Positions 16,582-25,868 of a DNA stretch of 30,057 bases are shown here, piece by piece. Source of the stretch: Chloroflexota bacterium (GTDB lineage: Bacteria > Chloroflexota > Dehalococcoidia > Lucifugimonadales > UBA3495); NCBI GenBank assembly GCA_027623675.1, contig JAQBVF010000035.1, forward strand, positions 1 to 30,057. Reading direction: 5' to 3'. The notes below the pieces were generated by a model. It saw only the letters and a list, made by a program, of their open reading frames with translations, did not search any database and was not told the origin of the DNA. The translations under genes were made by a program, and so were the position numbers. Each line of letters opens with the position of its first letter. Positions within the stretch are counted from its first letter, which is position 1.

Positions 16582-17532
16582 ATGAGTAAGAAATTGCTCC
16601 TGCCGGCGTTGCTTGCGGTGGGCGTTTTCGCCGCCATGGCGGCCTACGGCGATCTAGGCGGGACCTTGGACGAGATCGGCAGGCTGCCAATCCTCTACCT
16701 CTTCGCGGCCTTGGGGCTGGCCTCGGCCAATTACCTGCTCCGCTTCTTCCGTTGGGCCATCTACCTCAGATTTCTGCGGATCAGCGTTCCGGGCGGCGTG
16801 AGCGCGTTGGTGTTTCTCTCCGGCCTCGCAATGTCCATAACACCGGGCAAGGCAGGCGAGTTGGTAAAATGTTACCTGCTGAACAGCCGCACCGGTATCC
16901 CCGTTGGCCGGTCGGCGCCGGTGGTCGTCATGGAACGGCTGACCGACGTCATCTCGGTAATCATCCTGGGATTAACCGGGTTCGCTTTGTTGCCCGTTCC
17001 AGTCATCGCGGTTCTGGCCGTGGCGCTGGCAGTCATGTTGGCGGGTCTGCTGTTCGCGGTATCCCGGTGGGCCACGAGGCTGGCCGGACTTCCGGTGCTC
17101 TCACGGTGGAGCGACCTGATACGCGACTCCCAAGAAGGATTCAGGGAGCTGGCTGCTCCCAAGGTGATGGCCGCCGGAATAGCCATCGGCGCGGTGGCCT
17201 GGTTCGCCGAGGGACTGGCCCTGTGGTTGATCTTGAAAGGCATCGGGTCCGACATCTCCTTGGTCCGGGCGCTGCCCATCTATGCCGCGGCGACACTGGT
17301 GGGGGCCGTAACCGCCCTGCCCGGCGGACTGGTCGGCACCGAGGGAAGCATGCTGGCTCTGCTGGGCCAGAGTGGTGTGACCAGGTCCGGCGCATCGGCC
17401 GGCACGGCGCTGGTCCGCCTGGTAACCCTGTGGTTCGCGGTGGCTATCGGTTTGCTGGCCCTTTTGGCGCTGCGGCGCGTCCCCAAGTTGGATACCGCGA
17501 CCGTCCCCGCGACAACTGACATGGAGATCTGA
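16582..17532 (+). CDS. LPG-synthase transmembrane domain (UPF0104, flippase-like) protein
   Basis: LRFFRW, SITPGKAGELVK, VVMERLTD, LPGGLVGTEG, VRLVTLW. Confidence 0.88.
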   Translation: MSKKLLLPALLAVGVFAAMAAYGDLGGTLDEIGRLPILYLFAALGLASANYLLRFFRWAIYLRFLRISVPGGVSALVFLSGLAMSITPGKAGELVKCYLLNSRTGIPVGRSAPVVVMERLTDVISVIILGLTGFALLPVPVIAVLAVALAVMLAGLLFAVSRWATRLAGLPVLSRWSDLIRDSQEGFRELAAPKVMAAGIAIGAVAWFAEGLALWLILKGIGSDISLVRALPIYAAATLVGAVTALPGGLVGTEGSMLALLGQSGVTRSGASAGTALVRLVTLWFAVAIGLLALLALRRVPKLDTATVPATTDMEI

Positions 17533-17565
17533 TTCGAAATTTGATTCAATGCAGCCTGACCCACA

Positions 17566-18510
17566 TTGAGCGCTGATGAACAAAGCGAAGCCGTGACTGA
17601 GACCGCGCCGGCGTTAAGTCCGGTCGCGCTCCTGAAAGCGCTGCGCCCTCTGCAGTGGGTCAAGAACGGTCTGGTGTTCCTGCCCTTCGTTTTCGCCGTG
17701 GATGTGGCCTGGAGCACCGACGACCTCAGTCCCGTGCCCGAGTTGTTGCTGCGCCTGTTGCTGGTCGCCGTGGCCTTCTGCGCCCTCTCCAGCGCCGTTT
17801 ACCTGTTCAACGACCTGATGGACCGGACTGGAGACCGGGCGCATCCGGTGAAACGCCACCGGCCCATAGCTTCGGGCAAGGTGAGCGTACCGGTGGCGGC
17901 GGTTGTCATAGCCGTGTTGGCGGCTGCGGGCCTGGTGGTTATGACCCTGGTCGGTCCCTGGCTGGGGGTGGCCGGAGCCGTTTACGCCCTGATCAACCTC
18001 AGCTATTCCCTGGGACTGAAAGAAGTGGTTTTGCTGGACGCCTTCGCGGTCACCAGCGGCTACGTCATCCGCGCCGTGGCGGGGGCAGTGGCCATCGACG
18101 TTACCGCGTCGCCGTGGCTGTACGCCACCACGGGCGCCGGAGCGTTGTTCATCGTCCTGGGAAGGCGGTTCGCCGAGGTGCGGCTGGCGGGTGACGAGGC
18201 CGAAGACCAGAGACCGGTCCTAAAGGAATACTCCGGCGCCTTCATCAACCAACTGCTGCTGCTGTCTGCCGCCGCCGCGTGGCTAAGCTATACTATTTAC
18301 ACGGTGGAAGCCGATAACCTTCCCGACAACAACACCATGCTGTTCACCCTGCCCTTGGTCACCTTCGGACTGTTCCGCTACCTGTATCTCCTGAACAACA
18401 GCGAAAGGGCCGAGGCCCCGGAACAGCTGATAATTCGCGATCTGCCGCTGGTCTTGTCCATCATAAGTTGGGTTGCGGTATCGTCATTAGTGCTGCTGTT
18501 AAATAACTGA
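17566..18510 (+). CDS. UbiA-family decaprenyl-phosphate phosphoribosyltransferase-like protein
   Basis: LRPLQWVKNGLVF, SSAVYLFNDLMD...DRAHPVKRHRPIASG, GYVIRAVAGA, GLFRYLY. Confidence 0.88.
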   Translation: MSADEQSEAVTETAPALSPVALLKALRPLQWVKNGLVFLPFVFAVDVAWSTDDLSPVPELLLRLLLVAVAFCALSSAVYLFNDLMDRTGDRAHPVKRHRPIASGKVSVPVAAVVIAVLAAAGLVVMTLVGPWLGVAGAVYALINLSYSLGLKEVVLLDAFAVTSGYVIRAVAGAVAIDVTASPWLYATTGAGALFIVLGRRFAEVRLAGDEAEDQRPVLKEYSGAFINQLLLLSAAAAWLSYTIYTVEADNLPDNNTMLFTLPLVTFGLFRYLYLLNNSERAEAPEQLIIRDLPLVLSIISWVAVSSLVLLLNN

Positions 18511-18560
18511 TCGATAACCGGCCGCCGACCGGCGGTTGCCCAACATCTAGGAGTTGATCC

Positions 18561-19706
18561 ATGACTTCCCGAGACTCAGGTTCCACCCAGCCGTCTCCCG
18601 CTGCCGGTCCCGGTAGTCAGCCGCGACCCGGCCAGTCGGTGGTGGCGGTGGTGGCGACGTCGCCGGAGACCGCCGTTGCCGACATGGGCCGGGCCATGGA
18701 CTTGGCAGGTGTCGGAGAATTCCTGTCTCCGGACATCAAGACGCTGTTGAAGGTGAATATTTCCTGGCAGCATTGGTACCCCGGCTGCTCCACAACTCCC
18801 TGGCAGATCGAGGGAGTGAGCCGGGCGCTGAAAGCCCGTGGGCACACAGACCTGGTGGCGGCCCACAACGGCACCGTGGTCGTTGACTCCTTTGAGGGCG
18901 AGTTCAAGAACAAACACAAAGCCGCTCAGGAAAGATGCGGCCTGCCCGACATCCACCTGGATTCCGAACCCAACAAGTGGATCTATTACAAACCAAAGGC
19001 TGAGATGCTGGTCTTGGACGACATCTTCCCAGAGGGGATTCAGATACCCGAGATCTTTCCGGGCACCAATATCGTCCATCTGCCCACGATGAAGACCCAC
19101 GTCTTCACCACCATGACCGGGGCTATGAAGAACGCGTTTGGCGGGCTGCTCCATCGCAAACGCCACTGGACCCACTCGGTGATTCACGAGACGCTGACCG
19201 ATCTTTTGGCCATTCAGCAAGAGATTCACCCGGGACTGTTCGCGGTGATGGACGGCACCTTCGCCGGAGACGGCCCCGGCCCCCGCGCCATGCGCTGGCA
19301 CATCAAGGACCGCATCCTGGCCAGCAACGACCAGGTGGCCATCGACGCCGTGGCCGCCAAGATGATGGGCTTCGACCCAATGAGCATCAAGTTCATCCGC
19401 TTGGCCCACGAACGGGGCCTGGGTTGCGGCGACGTGTCTCAGATAAACGTGGTGGGCGAGGACATAAGCCAGGTGAATTGGCAGTTCACCGGCGTGGAGA
19501 ACACCTTTGCCAGCCGCGGCCAAAAGCTGATCTACTGGGGTCCGCTCAAACCCTTGGAAAAGATGCTGCTCCGGAGTCCTTTCGTCAGCCTGGCCTTCTT
19601 AGCGTCCAACCTGTACCACAACGGGTACTGGCTGAAGACCAGGGGGCGCCGCCGGATCAAGGCCGCCCTGGAAACCGACTGGGGCAAGCTCTTCCAGTCC
19701 TATTAA
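18561..19706 (+). CDS. DUF362 domain protein
   Basis: LLKVN...TTP, HLPTMKTH...TGAMKNAFG, MDGTFAGDGPGP, ASNDQVAIDAVAAKMMG. Confidence 0.85.
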   Translation: MTSRDSGSTQPSPAAGPGSQPRPGQSVVAVVATSPETAVADMGRAMDLAGVGEFLSPDIKTLLKVNISWQHWYPGCSTTPWQIEGVSRALKARGHTDLVAAHNGTVVVDSFEGEFKNKHKAAQERCGLPDIHLDSEPNKWIYYKPKAEMLVLDDIFPEGIQIPEIFPGTNIVHLPTMKTHVFTTMTGAMKNAFGGLLHRKRHWTHSVIHETLTDLLAIQQEIHPGLFAVMDGTFAGDGPGPRAMRWHIKDRILASNDQVAIDAVAAKMMGFDPMSIKFIRLAHERGLGCGDVSQINVVGEDISQVNWQFTGVENTFASRGQKLIYWGPLKPLEKMLLRSPFVSLAFLASNLYHNGYWLKTRGRRRIKAALETDWGKLFQSY

Positions 19707-19740
19707 CAGGCAAACCACAAAAGAGGTTTACAGACCAGGT

Positions 19741-20835
19741 ATGGATATCGCAGTTATCGGACTGCCCCAAAGCGGGAAGTCCACCGTCTTCAACGCCCTA
19801 ACGGCAGGCCATTCCACGTCCACCGGCGCCGGCGGAGCCGGGCCCCTGCAAGTGGGTGTGGTCAAGGTCATCGACCCACGCCTGGCGGTGTTGGATGGCA
19901 TGTACCACCCCAAAAAGGTCATCCACCCGGAGATCAAGTATTGGGACCTGCCGCCCATCGACCGGGAAGCAGTCTCAGCCAACCAGCTGCTAAGCGGGCG
20001 GCAGCGGAACATCCTGCAGGCCGCCGATGCGCTGCTGGTTGTCGTTCGGGCCTTTGAAGACCCAGCCTTGCTTCATCCCTTGGGCGATGTTGACCCGGCC
20101 CGCGACGTTAAAGCGATGCTGGATGAGCTGATCCTGGCCGACCTGGAAGCCCTGGAACGCGCCGAAGCCCGTCTCAGCGACGGACTCAAAAAGGCCAAAC
20201 CGGCGGAGCGGCCGGCCATGGTCCCCCAGTTGGAGACGGTCCAGAAGGTGAAGGCCAACCTGGAGAAGGGCATTCCCATGAAATCCCAAACCCTGACCCA
20301 CTCGGAGACGGTGGCTTTGGTGGATTTCCAGTTACTGACCAGCAAGCCGGTGGTGGTGGCGTTCAATGCCGGCGAGTCCGAAAAGCCTCCGACATTTGAG
20401 AGTCTTGGCATCGCGAATGAGGTCGCGGGCGGCTTGGGCGAAGTGGGCTTGTGCGCCAAACTTGAAGTGGACCTGGCCATGATGGACGCCGACGAAGCCA
20501 ATGAATTCAGAGAGGCCATGGAACTGGACGAGCCGGCCGTGGAAAGGGTCAAGCAGGTGTGCTACAGCACCGTGGGATTGGTGTCTTTCCTGACCGTGGG
20601 CGAAGACGAGGTCCGCGCGTGGCCCGTGCCCATCGGAATCGAGGCCCAGATGGCTGCGGGAACGATTCACACCGACTTCACCCGGGGATTCATCCGCGCC
20701 GAGGTCATCGCCTACGAGGATCTGGTCCGTTGCGGCAGCCTGGCCCAGGGCAGGAAAGAGGGCGTGCTGCGCTCCGAGGGCAAGACCTATCCGGTCAAAG
20801 ACGGCGACGTGATCAACTTCTTGATCAACACTTAG
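19741..20835 (+). CDS. ychF: YchF/Obg-like ATPase, divergent
   Basis: P-loop GLPQSGKST, LLTSKP, and C-terminal TGS/DUF933 region FLTVGEDEVRAW...AGTIHTDF..GFIRAEV...EGKTY.VKDGDVINF. Confidence 0.85.
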   Translation: MDIAVIGLPQSGKSTVFNALTAGHSTSTGAGGAGPLQVGVVKVIDPRLAVLDGMYHPKKVIHPEIKYWDLPPIDREAVSANQLLSGRQRNILQAADALLVVVRAFEDPALLHPLGDVDPARDVKAMLDELILADLEALERAEARLSDGLKKAKPAERPAMVPQLETVQKVKANLEKGIPMKSQTLTHSETVALVDFQLLTSKPVVVAFNAGESEKPPTFESLGIANEVAGGLGEVGLCAKLEVDLAMMDADEANEFREAMELDEPAVERVKQVCYSTVGLVSFLTVGEDEVRAWPVPIGIEAQMAAGTIHTDFTRGFIRAEVIAYEDLVRCGSLAQGRKEGVLRSEGKTYPVKDGDVINFLINT

Positions 20836-20855
20836 CGAAAATCCGGCAGGAACAG

Positions 20856-21374
20856 ATGAGCGGCCAGTCCACACTTAACATAAGGGATTTCCTTCCGGGC
20901 GATTTGGCCCAGGTACGGGAGTTGTTCGCAAACGGCCTGATGGAGTTTGCTGGTGAGGTAGAGGAGGGAGTCCGGCGCTACGTTGACCAAGCTCTGAAAG
21001 ACGACATGGCGGACATTGCCGCCCACTACCAGGCCCACGCACGAGGCAACTTTTGGGTGGTGGAATCCCAGGACTCGGTTGTCGGTATCGTTGGCATTCA
21101 ACCCACTGATCGAGAAGAAGAAGCAGAGCTGCGCCGGATGAGCGTTTCTTCCACGGTGCGGAGGCAAGGAGTCGGCCGGCGGCTTTTGGAGAAGACCGAG
21201 GAATTCTGCCGGAGCCAAGGTTATCGTCGCATCGTTCTATCCACGGTTGACCTGCTACAGCCAGCGCTGGCGATGTACCAAAATAATGGCTACACTTTGG
21301 TTAAAGAAGAGCCCTACGGCGAGCCGCCAAACGGTGTCATAACCGTTTATCATCTGGTGAAGGAACTGGCCTAG
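20856..21374 (+). CDS. GNAT-family N-acetyltransferase
   Basis: ATG at 20856. ELRRMSV...RRQGVGRRLL (acetyl-CoA motif A), ALAMYQNNGY. Confidence 0.88.
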   Translation: MSGQSTLNIRDFLPGDLAQVRELFANGLMEFAGEVEEGVRRYVDQALKDDMADIAAHYQAHARGNFWVVESQDSVVGIVGIQPTDREEEAELRRMSVSSTVRRQGVGRRLLEKTEEFCRSQGYRRIVLSTVDLLQPALAMYQNNGYTLVKEEPYGEPPNGVITVYHLVKELA

Positions 21375-21406
21375 AAAGTCCGACCTCACCTAGGGTATAG
21401 AACAAG

Positions 21407-21442
21407 AAAGGTCCCCCGGCAGGAAACTGCCGGGGGACCTTT
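21407..21442. terminator. bidirectional terminator
   Basis: 16-bp perfect stem AAAGGTCCCCCGGCAG-gaaa-CTGCCGGGGGACCTTT between convergent genes. Confidence 0.9.
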
Positions 21443-21468
21443 TCGTTACGGAATATCCGGGTTAGCGA

Positions 21469-23253
21469 TTACCTTGGTTGAGCGTACTCAAATGCTACCG
21501 CGGTCCTCACTTCACTCCAGTCCGTGGGTTCCCATCCTTCGATGGAAAGCTTTTTCCCAATCGGCCAGATCGCGTCATGAGTGTAAATCGCAGACGCCAT
21601 AGCGTTGTCGAAGATCCAGTTGTAAACCTTCAGGTTCTTCTCCCACGCCAACTCGGGATCAACTTCTTCCGACGCGTCTCTCACGTTTTCATCCAACCAG
21701 GGATGGTGTGTGCCATAGCTGAACGTGGACCTGGTCTCGTAGTTGGATGCTCCAACGATAGGCGACAGGCGGACGCCAACGGTGTGGCAGGTTGCGCCTA
21801 TGTAGTTCCTGGCGATGACCTCAGGACGGAGCGTGGAGTATGGAATGTTCTGGAATTTTACATCCAGGCCAATGGCTTCCCAGTATTGGGCTACCGCCTC
21901 ACAGGCTTCGACCTCGGCAACCGCACCACGAATGGCCGGCGTCAAAGTGATGCTGAACCCATTGGGGAACCCGGCTTCAGCAATCATTTGCTTGGCCAGT
22001 TCAGGGTTGTACTCGTAGACCCAATCAGGGTTGGCTCGTGCTTCGTGGCCCATCCAGTCCCTGACTGATAGAGGTTTGCCAAAGCCGGACAGCAGCGTGT
22101 CAACGATGGTCTGCCGGTCGATGGCGATGTTCAAGGCCTTCTTGACCTTGACAGCGTTTGCCCATTCTTCGGACTCGGTGTCGGGGTTAGAAGAAACCCA
22201 AGCCAGGTCCGGATTGTACTGAGGGTATTCGTTGCCGTCCTTATCTAATCCGTAGAGCTGGCCATATAGATTGAGGCCGGCCTGACCGGCGTTGGGGAAG
22301 CCTTTGACCAGGGCCCCTTCCACCTGTTCCACAGTGGGTAGGGAGTCAAACGCCATGTCAAAGCTGTCTAGGGTCCCTGTTCGGAATCCGGCAACCCTGG
22401 CAGACTCTTCGGGTATCGTCCAGTAGATCAACCCGGCGAAGTAAGGCGTTTGACGCCAGTGGTCTTCCACGGCGGTCATTTTCCAGGAAACGCCGCTTTC
22501 AGAACTCTCGATCTCCCAAGGTCCGGTGGCGGCGATGTTTTTGCTGGCCGCTTCGATACCGACCTCTTCAGACTGTTTCTTACTGACGATCCAGGTGCTG
22601 GAGCCGCCGCTGTTGCGCATGAACTCGAATGCTTGTGCGGGTACCCACGGCACTCCGGTATTAACCACCAATGTGTAATCATCGATAATCTCAGAACCGC
22701 CGTCAGTGTGGTTGAAGAATTCACCGATGATACCGGCGCGGGCATGCTTGGCGCCGGCGTTCCACTGCTGGTAGGAGTAGAGGACGTCTTCGGCAGTCAT
22801 CTCTCCGTAACCCTTATGGAATTGGACTCCCTCTTGGAACTTCCAAGTCCAGGTCAAGAAGTCATCAGATATGCTCCAAGACTTGGCCAGCATGGGGTTA
22901 GCTGAGAAGTCAGGCGCAGTGGTAATCAGTCCTTCACCGACGCTGCTGTTGGTGAATTGAATCCGAGGGCTCGAGGTCATGCTCGGATGCCCCTCAAATA
23001 TCCCGGTCTCTTTCTGTCCCATATTAATGGTGCCGGCTGGTGAGGTCTTTACCGGCGTGGTTTTGGTGGCTTCCGGTTTCGACGTTGGAGTTTCACCGGA
23101 CGTTGCTGTCGCCGTGGACTCTGGGCTGCCGGTCGACGACACCGGAGTGGCGGTAGCGGAAGAACCGCAAGCCACTAGCAGGGCCGCGAACAACAGGACC
23201 AAAGCCTGAGGCCAAAAGCGGAAATAGTTTCTAGAAGTACCAGATTTGGGCAC
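21469..23253 (-). CDS. ABC transporter substrate-binding lipoprotein, family 5 (paralog 1)
   Basis: Signal peptide with lipobox LLVAC and a P/T/S linker. LAKSW...WKFQEGVQFHKGYGEMTAEDVLYS, ATGPW, ALNIAIDR, YNPELAKQMIAEAG. Confidence 0.93.
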   Translation of the reverse strand: MPKSGTSRNYFRFWPQALVLLFAALLVACGSSATATPVSSTGSPESTATATSGETPTSKPEATKTTPVKTSPAGTINMGQKETGIFEGHPSMTSSPRIQFTNSSVGEGLITTAPDFSANPMLAKSWSISDDFLTWTWKFQEGVQFHKGYGEMTAEDVLYSYQQWNAGAKHARAGIIGEFFNHTDGGSEIIDDYTLVVNTGVPWVPAQAFEFMRNSGGSSTWIVSKKQSEEVGIEAASKNIAATGPWEIESSESGVSWKMTAVEDHWRQTPYFAGLIYWTIPEESARVAGFRTGTLDSFDMAFDSLPTVEQVEGALVKGFPNAGQAGLNLYGQLYGLDKDGNEYPQYNPDLAWVSSNPDTESEEWANAVKVKKALNIAIDRQTIVDTLLSGFGKPLSVRDWMGHEARANPDWVYEYNPELAKQMIAEAGFPNGFSITLTPAIRGAVAEVEACEAVAQYWEAIGLDVKFQNIPYSTLRPEVIARNYIGATCHTVGVRLSPIVGASNYETRSTFSYGTHHPWLDENVRDASEEVDPELAWEKNLKVYNWIFDNAMASAIYTHDAIWPIGKKLSIEGWEPTDWSEVRTAVAFEYAQPR

Positions 23254-23366
23254 GTTATACGCTCCTAAACTACGAAATCCAAAAGTACCGTGTTTCTATC
23301 TCTTTAATGAGGTAGACATAGGAACCCCTAGAACCCCAGAGTGTTTCTGAGGGTTCAAACCTATGG

Positions 23367-23395
23367 TTTATAAGCCACAATATCCAAATTGTCAA
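23367..23395 (-). promoter_or_regulatory. promoter of SBP paralog 1
   Basis: Minus strand TTGACA, 17 nt, TATAAA. Confidence 0.8.
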
Positions 23396-23574
23396 TAACA
23401 TTAGATAATCACTATCATATTATTACTTACGATTTGGTGATTTATATCTCTGTTGTAATAAAGCAGAACGATGAGTTTGTCCGTTCAGTTAGATGTTTTG
23501 TTGGTACATATATGGATAAAGGGGAGAAAACGAGATTGCCATTTATGGCGCAAATTAAATCAATGGCGAAAAAC

Positions 23575-23608
23575 AAAAAAGAGCCCCAATCCGAGGATCG
23601 GGGCTCTT
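23575..23608 (-). terminator. terminator of SBP paralog 2
   Basis: AAGAGCCCC...GGGGCTCTT stem with an A6 run on + (U tract on minus). Confidence 0.8.
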
Positions 23609-23650
23609 CTGCAGGGCCAATCACGGCCCTAAATCTGCATTGCTTGTTGC

Positions 23651-25486
23651 TTACCGGTGCTTGGCGTACTCGAAGCCGACCGTGGTCCGAACTTCGCTGA
23701 AGTCGGTGGGGCCGAAATCGGGATCTAGCCGGGGTCCTATCGGCCAGATGCCATCATGAACGTACAGCGAGGATGCGAAAGAGTTATCGAAGATCCAGTC
23801 GTAGATCTCACGCTCGTCCGCCCGGATCTTTGCCGGATCGACTTCCACCGACGCTGCGGAGACGCGTTCTTCCATCCACGGGTGGTGAGACCCGTAGCTG
23901 AAGGTCGACTTCACGACGTAGTTGGAGGCGCCGATGATGGGCGAAAGGCGCACGCCAACGGTGTGGCAGGTGACGCCCACGAATTTCCGGGTGATTAACT
24001 CAGGCCGAATAGTTGCATAAGGGATATTCTGGAACTTTACGTTGATACCGATGTCGTCCCAGTACTGTGCGACCGCTTCACACGCTTCAACCTCAGCGGG
24101 AGCTCCGCGGATCGCCGGTACCAGGGAAATCTCGAAGCCATCGGGATAGCCCGCTTCGGCCAGCATCTGCTTGGCCAGTACCGGGTTGTAGTCGTAGACC
24201 CAATCGGGGTTGGCCCGTGTGTCATGACCCATCCAGTCCCTGACGGACTGGGGCCTTCCGAAACCGGACAGCAGTTCATCGACGATCGCCTGTCGGTCGA
24301 TGGCGATGTTCAGTGCCTTCCGGACCTTGACGGCGTTGGCCCATGCCTCAGATTCGGTGTCGGCATCCGAGGACACCCATGGCAGCTTGGGGTTGTAGGC
24401 CGGGTACTCTTTACCGTCTTTGTCTAGGCCATATAGCTGGCCGTAGAAGTTTAGCCCAGCTTGGCCGGCATTGGGCCAGCCGATCATGGCCGCGCCCTCC
24501 ACCGCTTCCACTACCGGCAGCGAGTCGAATGCCATGTCGAAGCTATCCAACTGGCCGGTCTGGAACCCGGCGACGCGGGCTGACTCTTCCGGGATGGACC
24601 AGTAGGTCAACTCGGCGAAGTAGGGGGTCTGGCGCCAATGGTCTTCCACAGCGCTCATCCGCCAAAATTCACCGCTGGAGTGCTCCTCAATCTGCCAGGG
24701 CCCGGTGGCGGCAATGTCTTTGCTGGCCGTATCGATGCCAATCTCTTCAGACTGCTTCTGGCTGACGACCCAAGAACTGGAACCGCCGCCGTTGCGCATG
24801 AATTCAAAGACCTGCGCGGGAACCCATGGCACTCCGGTGTTGACGACCATGGTGTAGTCGTCCACGATCTCAATGGAGGCGCCTTCCCGGCCGCCGAATT
24901 CGCCGTTGACCCCGCCGAAGTACTCGCCCATGATGCCGGAGCGGGCGTGCAGGGCGCCGGCGTTCCACTGCTGGTAGGAGTAGAGGACGTCCTCGGCGGT
25001 CATCTCCCCGTAGCCCTTGTGGAACTGGACACCTTCCTGGAACTTCCAGGTCCAGGTGAGGAAGTCGTCAGAAACGCTCCAAGATTTCGCCAGCATCGGG
25101 CCGGCTGAGAAGTCTGGCTGAGTGGTGATTAGTCCCTCAGCTACTGAGCTGCTGGTGAACTGGATCCTGGGGCTGGAACTCTTGCTCGGGTGCGCTTCAA
25201 AGATGCCCGTTTCCTTCTGACCCATGTTGATGGTCCCGGCCGGAGCAACCTTGGCCGGTGGGGCGTCCGTTGCTTGTGGCATGGCCGTGGGCTGGGCCGT
25301 ACCCCCGGCGGTTGACGGGGCCTTCGTAGCTGGGACCGCCGTCGGAGACGATGTGGCTCCGCCGCTGCTTCTCTGCGGGGTGGCGGTCGCTGACGACCCG
25401 CAAGCGAACAGCAAGGCTACGAACATTAGGACAATGGCCTTCGGTAGATGCTTGAGAACTGACGCTCTTAATCTTGGGTTGGGCAC
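23651..25486 (-). CDS. ABC transporter substrate-binding lipoprotein, family 5 (paralog 2)
   Basis: GTG start after GGAG, lipobox LLFAC, same conserved blocks as paralog 1. Confidence 0.93.
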   Translation of the reverse strand: MPNPRLRASVLKHLPKAIVLMFVALLFACGSSATATPQRSSGGATSSPTAVPATKAPSTAGGTAQPTAMPQATDAPPAKVAPAGTINMGQKETGIFEAHPSKSSSPRIQFTSSSVAEGLITTQPDFSAGPMLAKSWSVSDDFLTWTWKFQEGVQFHKGYGEMTAEDVLYSYQQWNAGALHARSGIMGEYFGGVNGEFGGREGASIEIVDDYTMVVNTGVPWVPAQVFEFMRNGGGSSSWVVSQKQSEEIGIDTASKDIAATGPWQIEEHSSGEFWRMSAVEDHWRQTPYFAELTYWSIPEESARVAGFQTGQLDSFDMAFDSLPVVEAVEGAAMIGWPNAGQAGLNFYGQLYGLDKDGKEYPAYNPKLPWVSSDADTESEAWANAVKVRKALNIAIDRQAIVDELLSGFGRPQSVRDWMGHDTRANPDWVYDYNPVLAKQMLAEAGYPDGFEISLVPAIRGAPAEVEACEAVAQYWDDIGINVKFQNIPYATIRPELITRKFVGVTCHTVGVRLSPIIGASNYVVKSTFSYGSHHPWMEERVSAASVEVDPAKIRADEREIYDWIFDNSFASSLYVHDGIWPIGPRLDPDFGPTDFSEVRTTVGFEYAKHR

Positions 25487-25584
25487 TTTTTCTTCTCCCT
25501 GATTACGATTAACGGTAAAGTAATTGCGCATTTCGGAAAAACGCGATTTTCATCACGATGTTCCCTTGCGTTTGCAACGTATGG

Positions 25585-25613
25585 TTTATAAGTCACTGTA
25601 TCCAGTATGTCAA
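25585..25613 (-). promoter_or_regulatory. promoter of SBP paralog 2
   Basis: Minus strand TTGACA, 17 nt, TATAAA. Confidence 0.8.
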
Positions 25614-25782
25614 TATATCGCGATAAAGATTATCAATAACCAATTTACGATTAGCTAATAACTATCGCTGATATTAATTAGTAATACGAATCATTTCAGC
25701 AAAATTAATACTAATTACTGTGATCTTTAACTTAATAGAACCAGTAAACGAGTTTTGTGAGTGAGTCAAGATGAACGGTAAC

Positions 25783-25824
25783 GCAACAAAGCGCCCTGCG
25801 CATCCGCGCAGGGCGCTTTGTTGC
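25783..25824 (-). terminator. terminator of SBP paralog 3
   Basis: 19-bp perfect stem GCAACAAAGCGCCCTGCGC-atcc-GCGCAGGGCGCTTTGTTGC. Confidence 0.8.
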
Positions 25825-25868
25825 CATGTGTCTGGGTTCCGGAGTCCTAGGCCAAATTGGCCGGGTAA

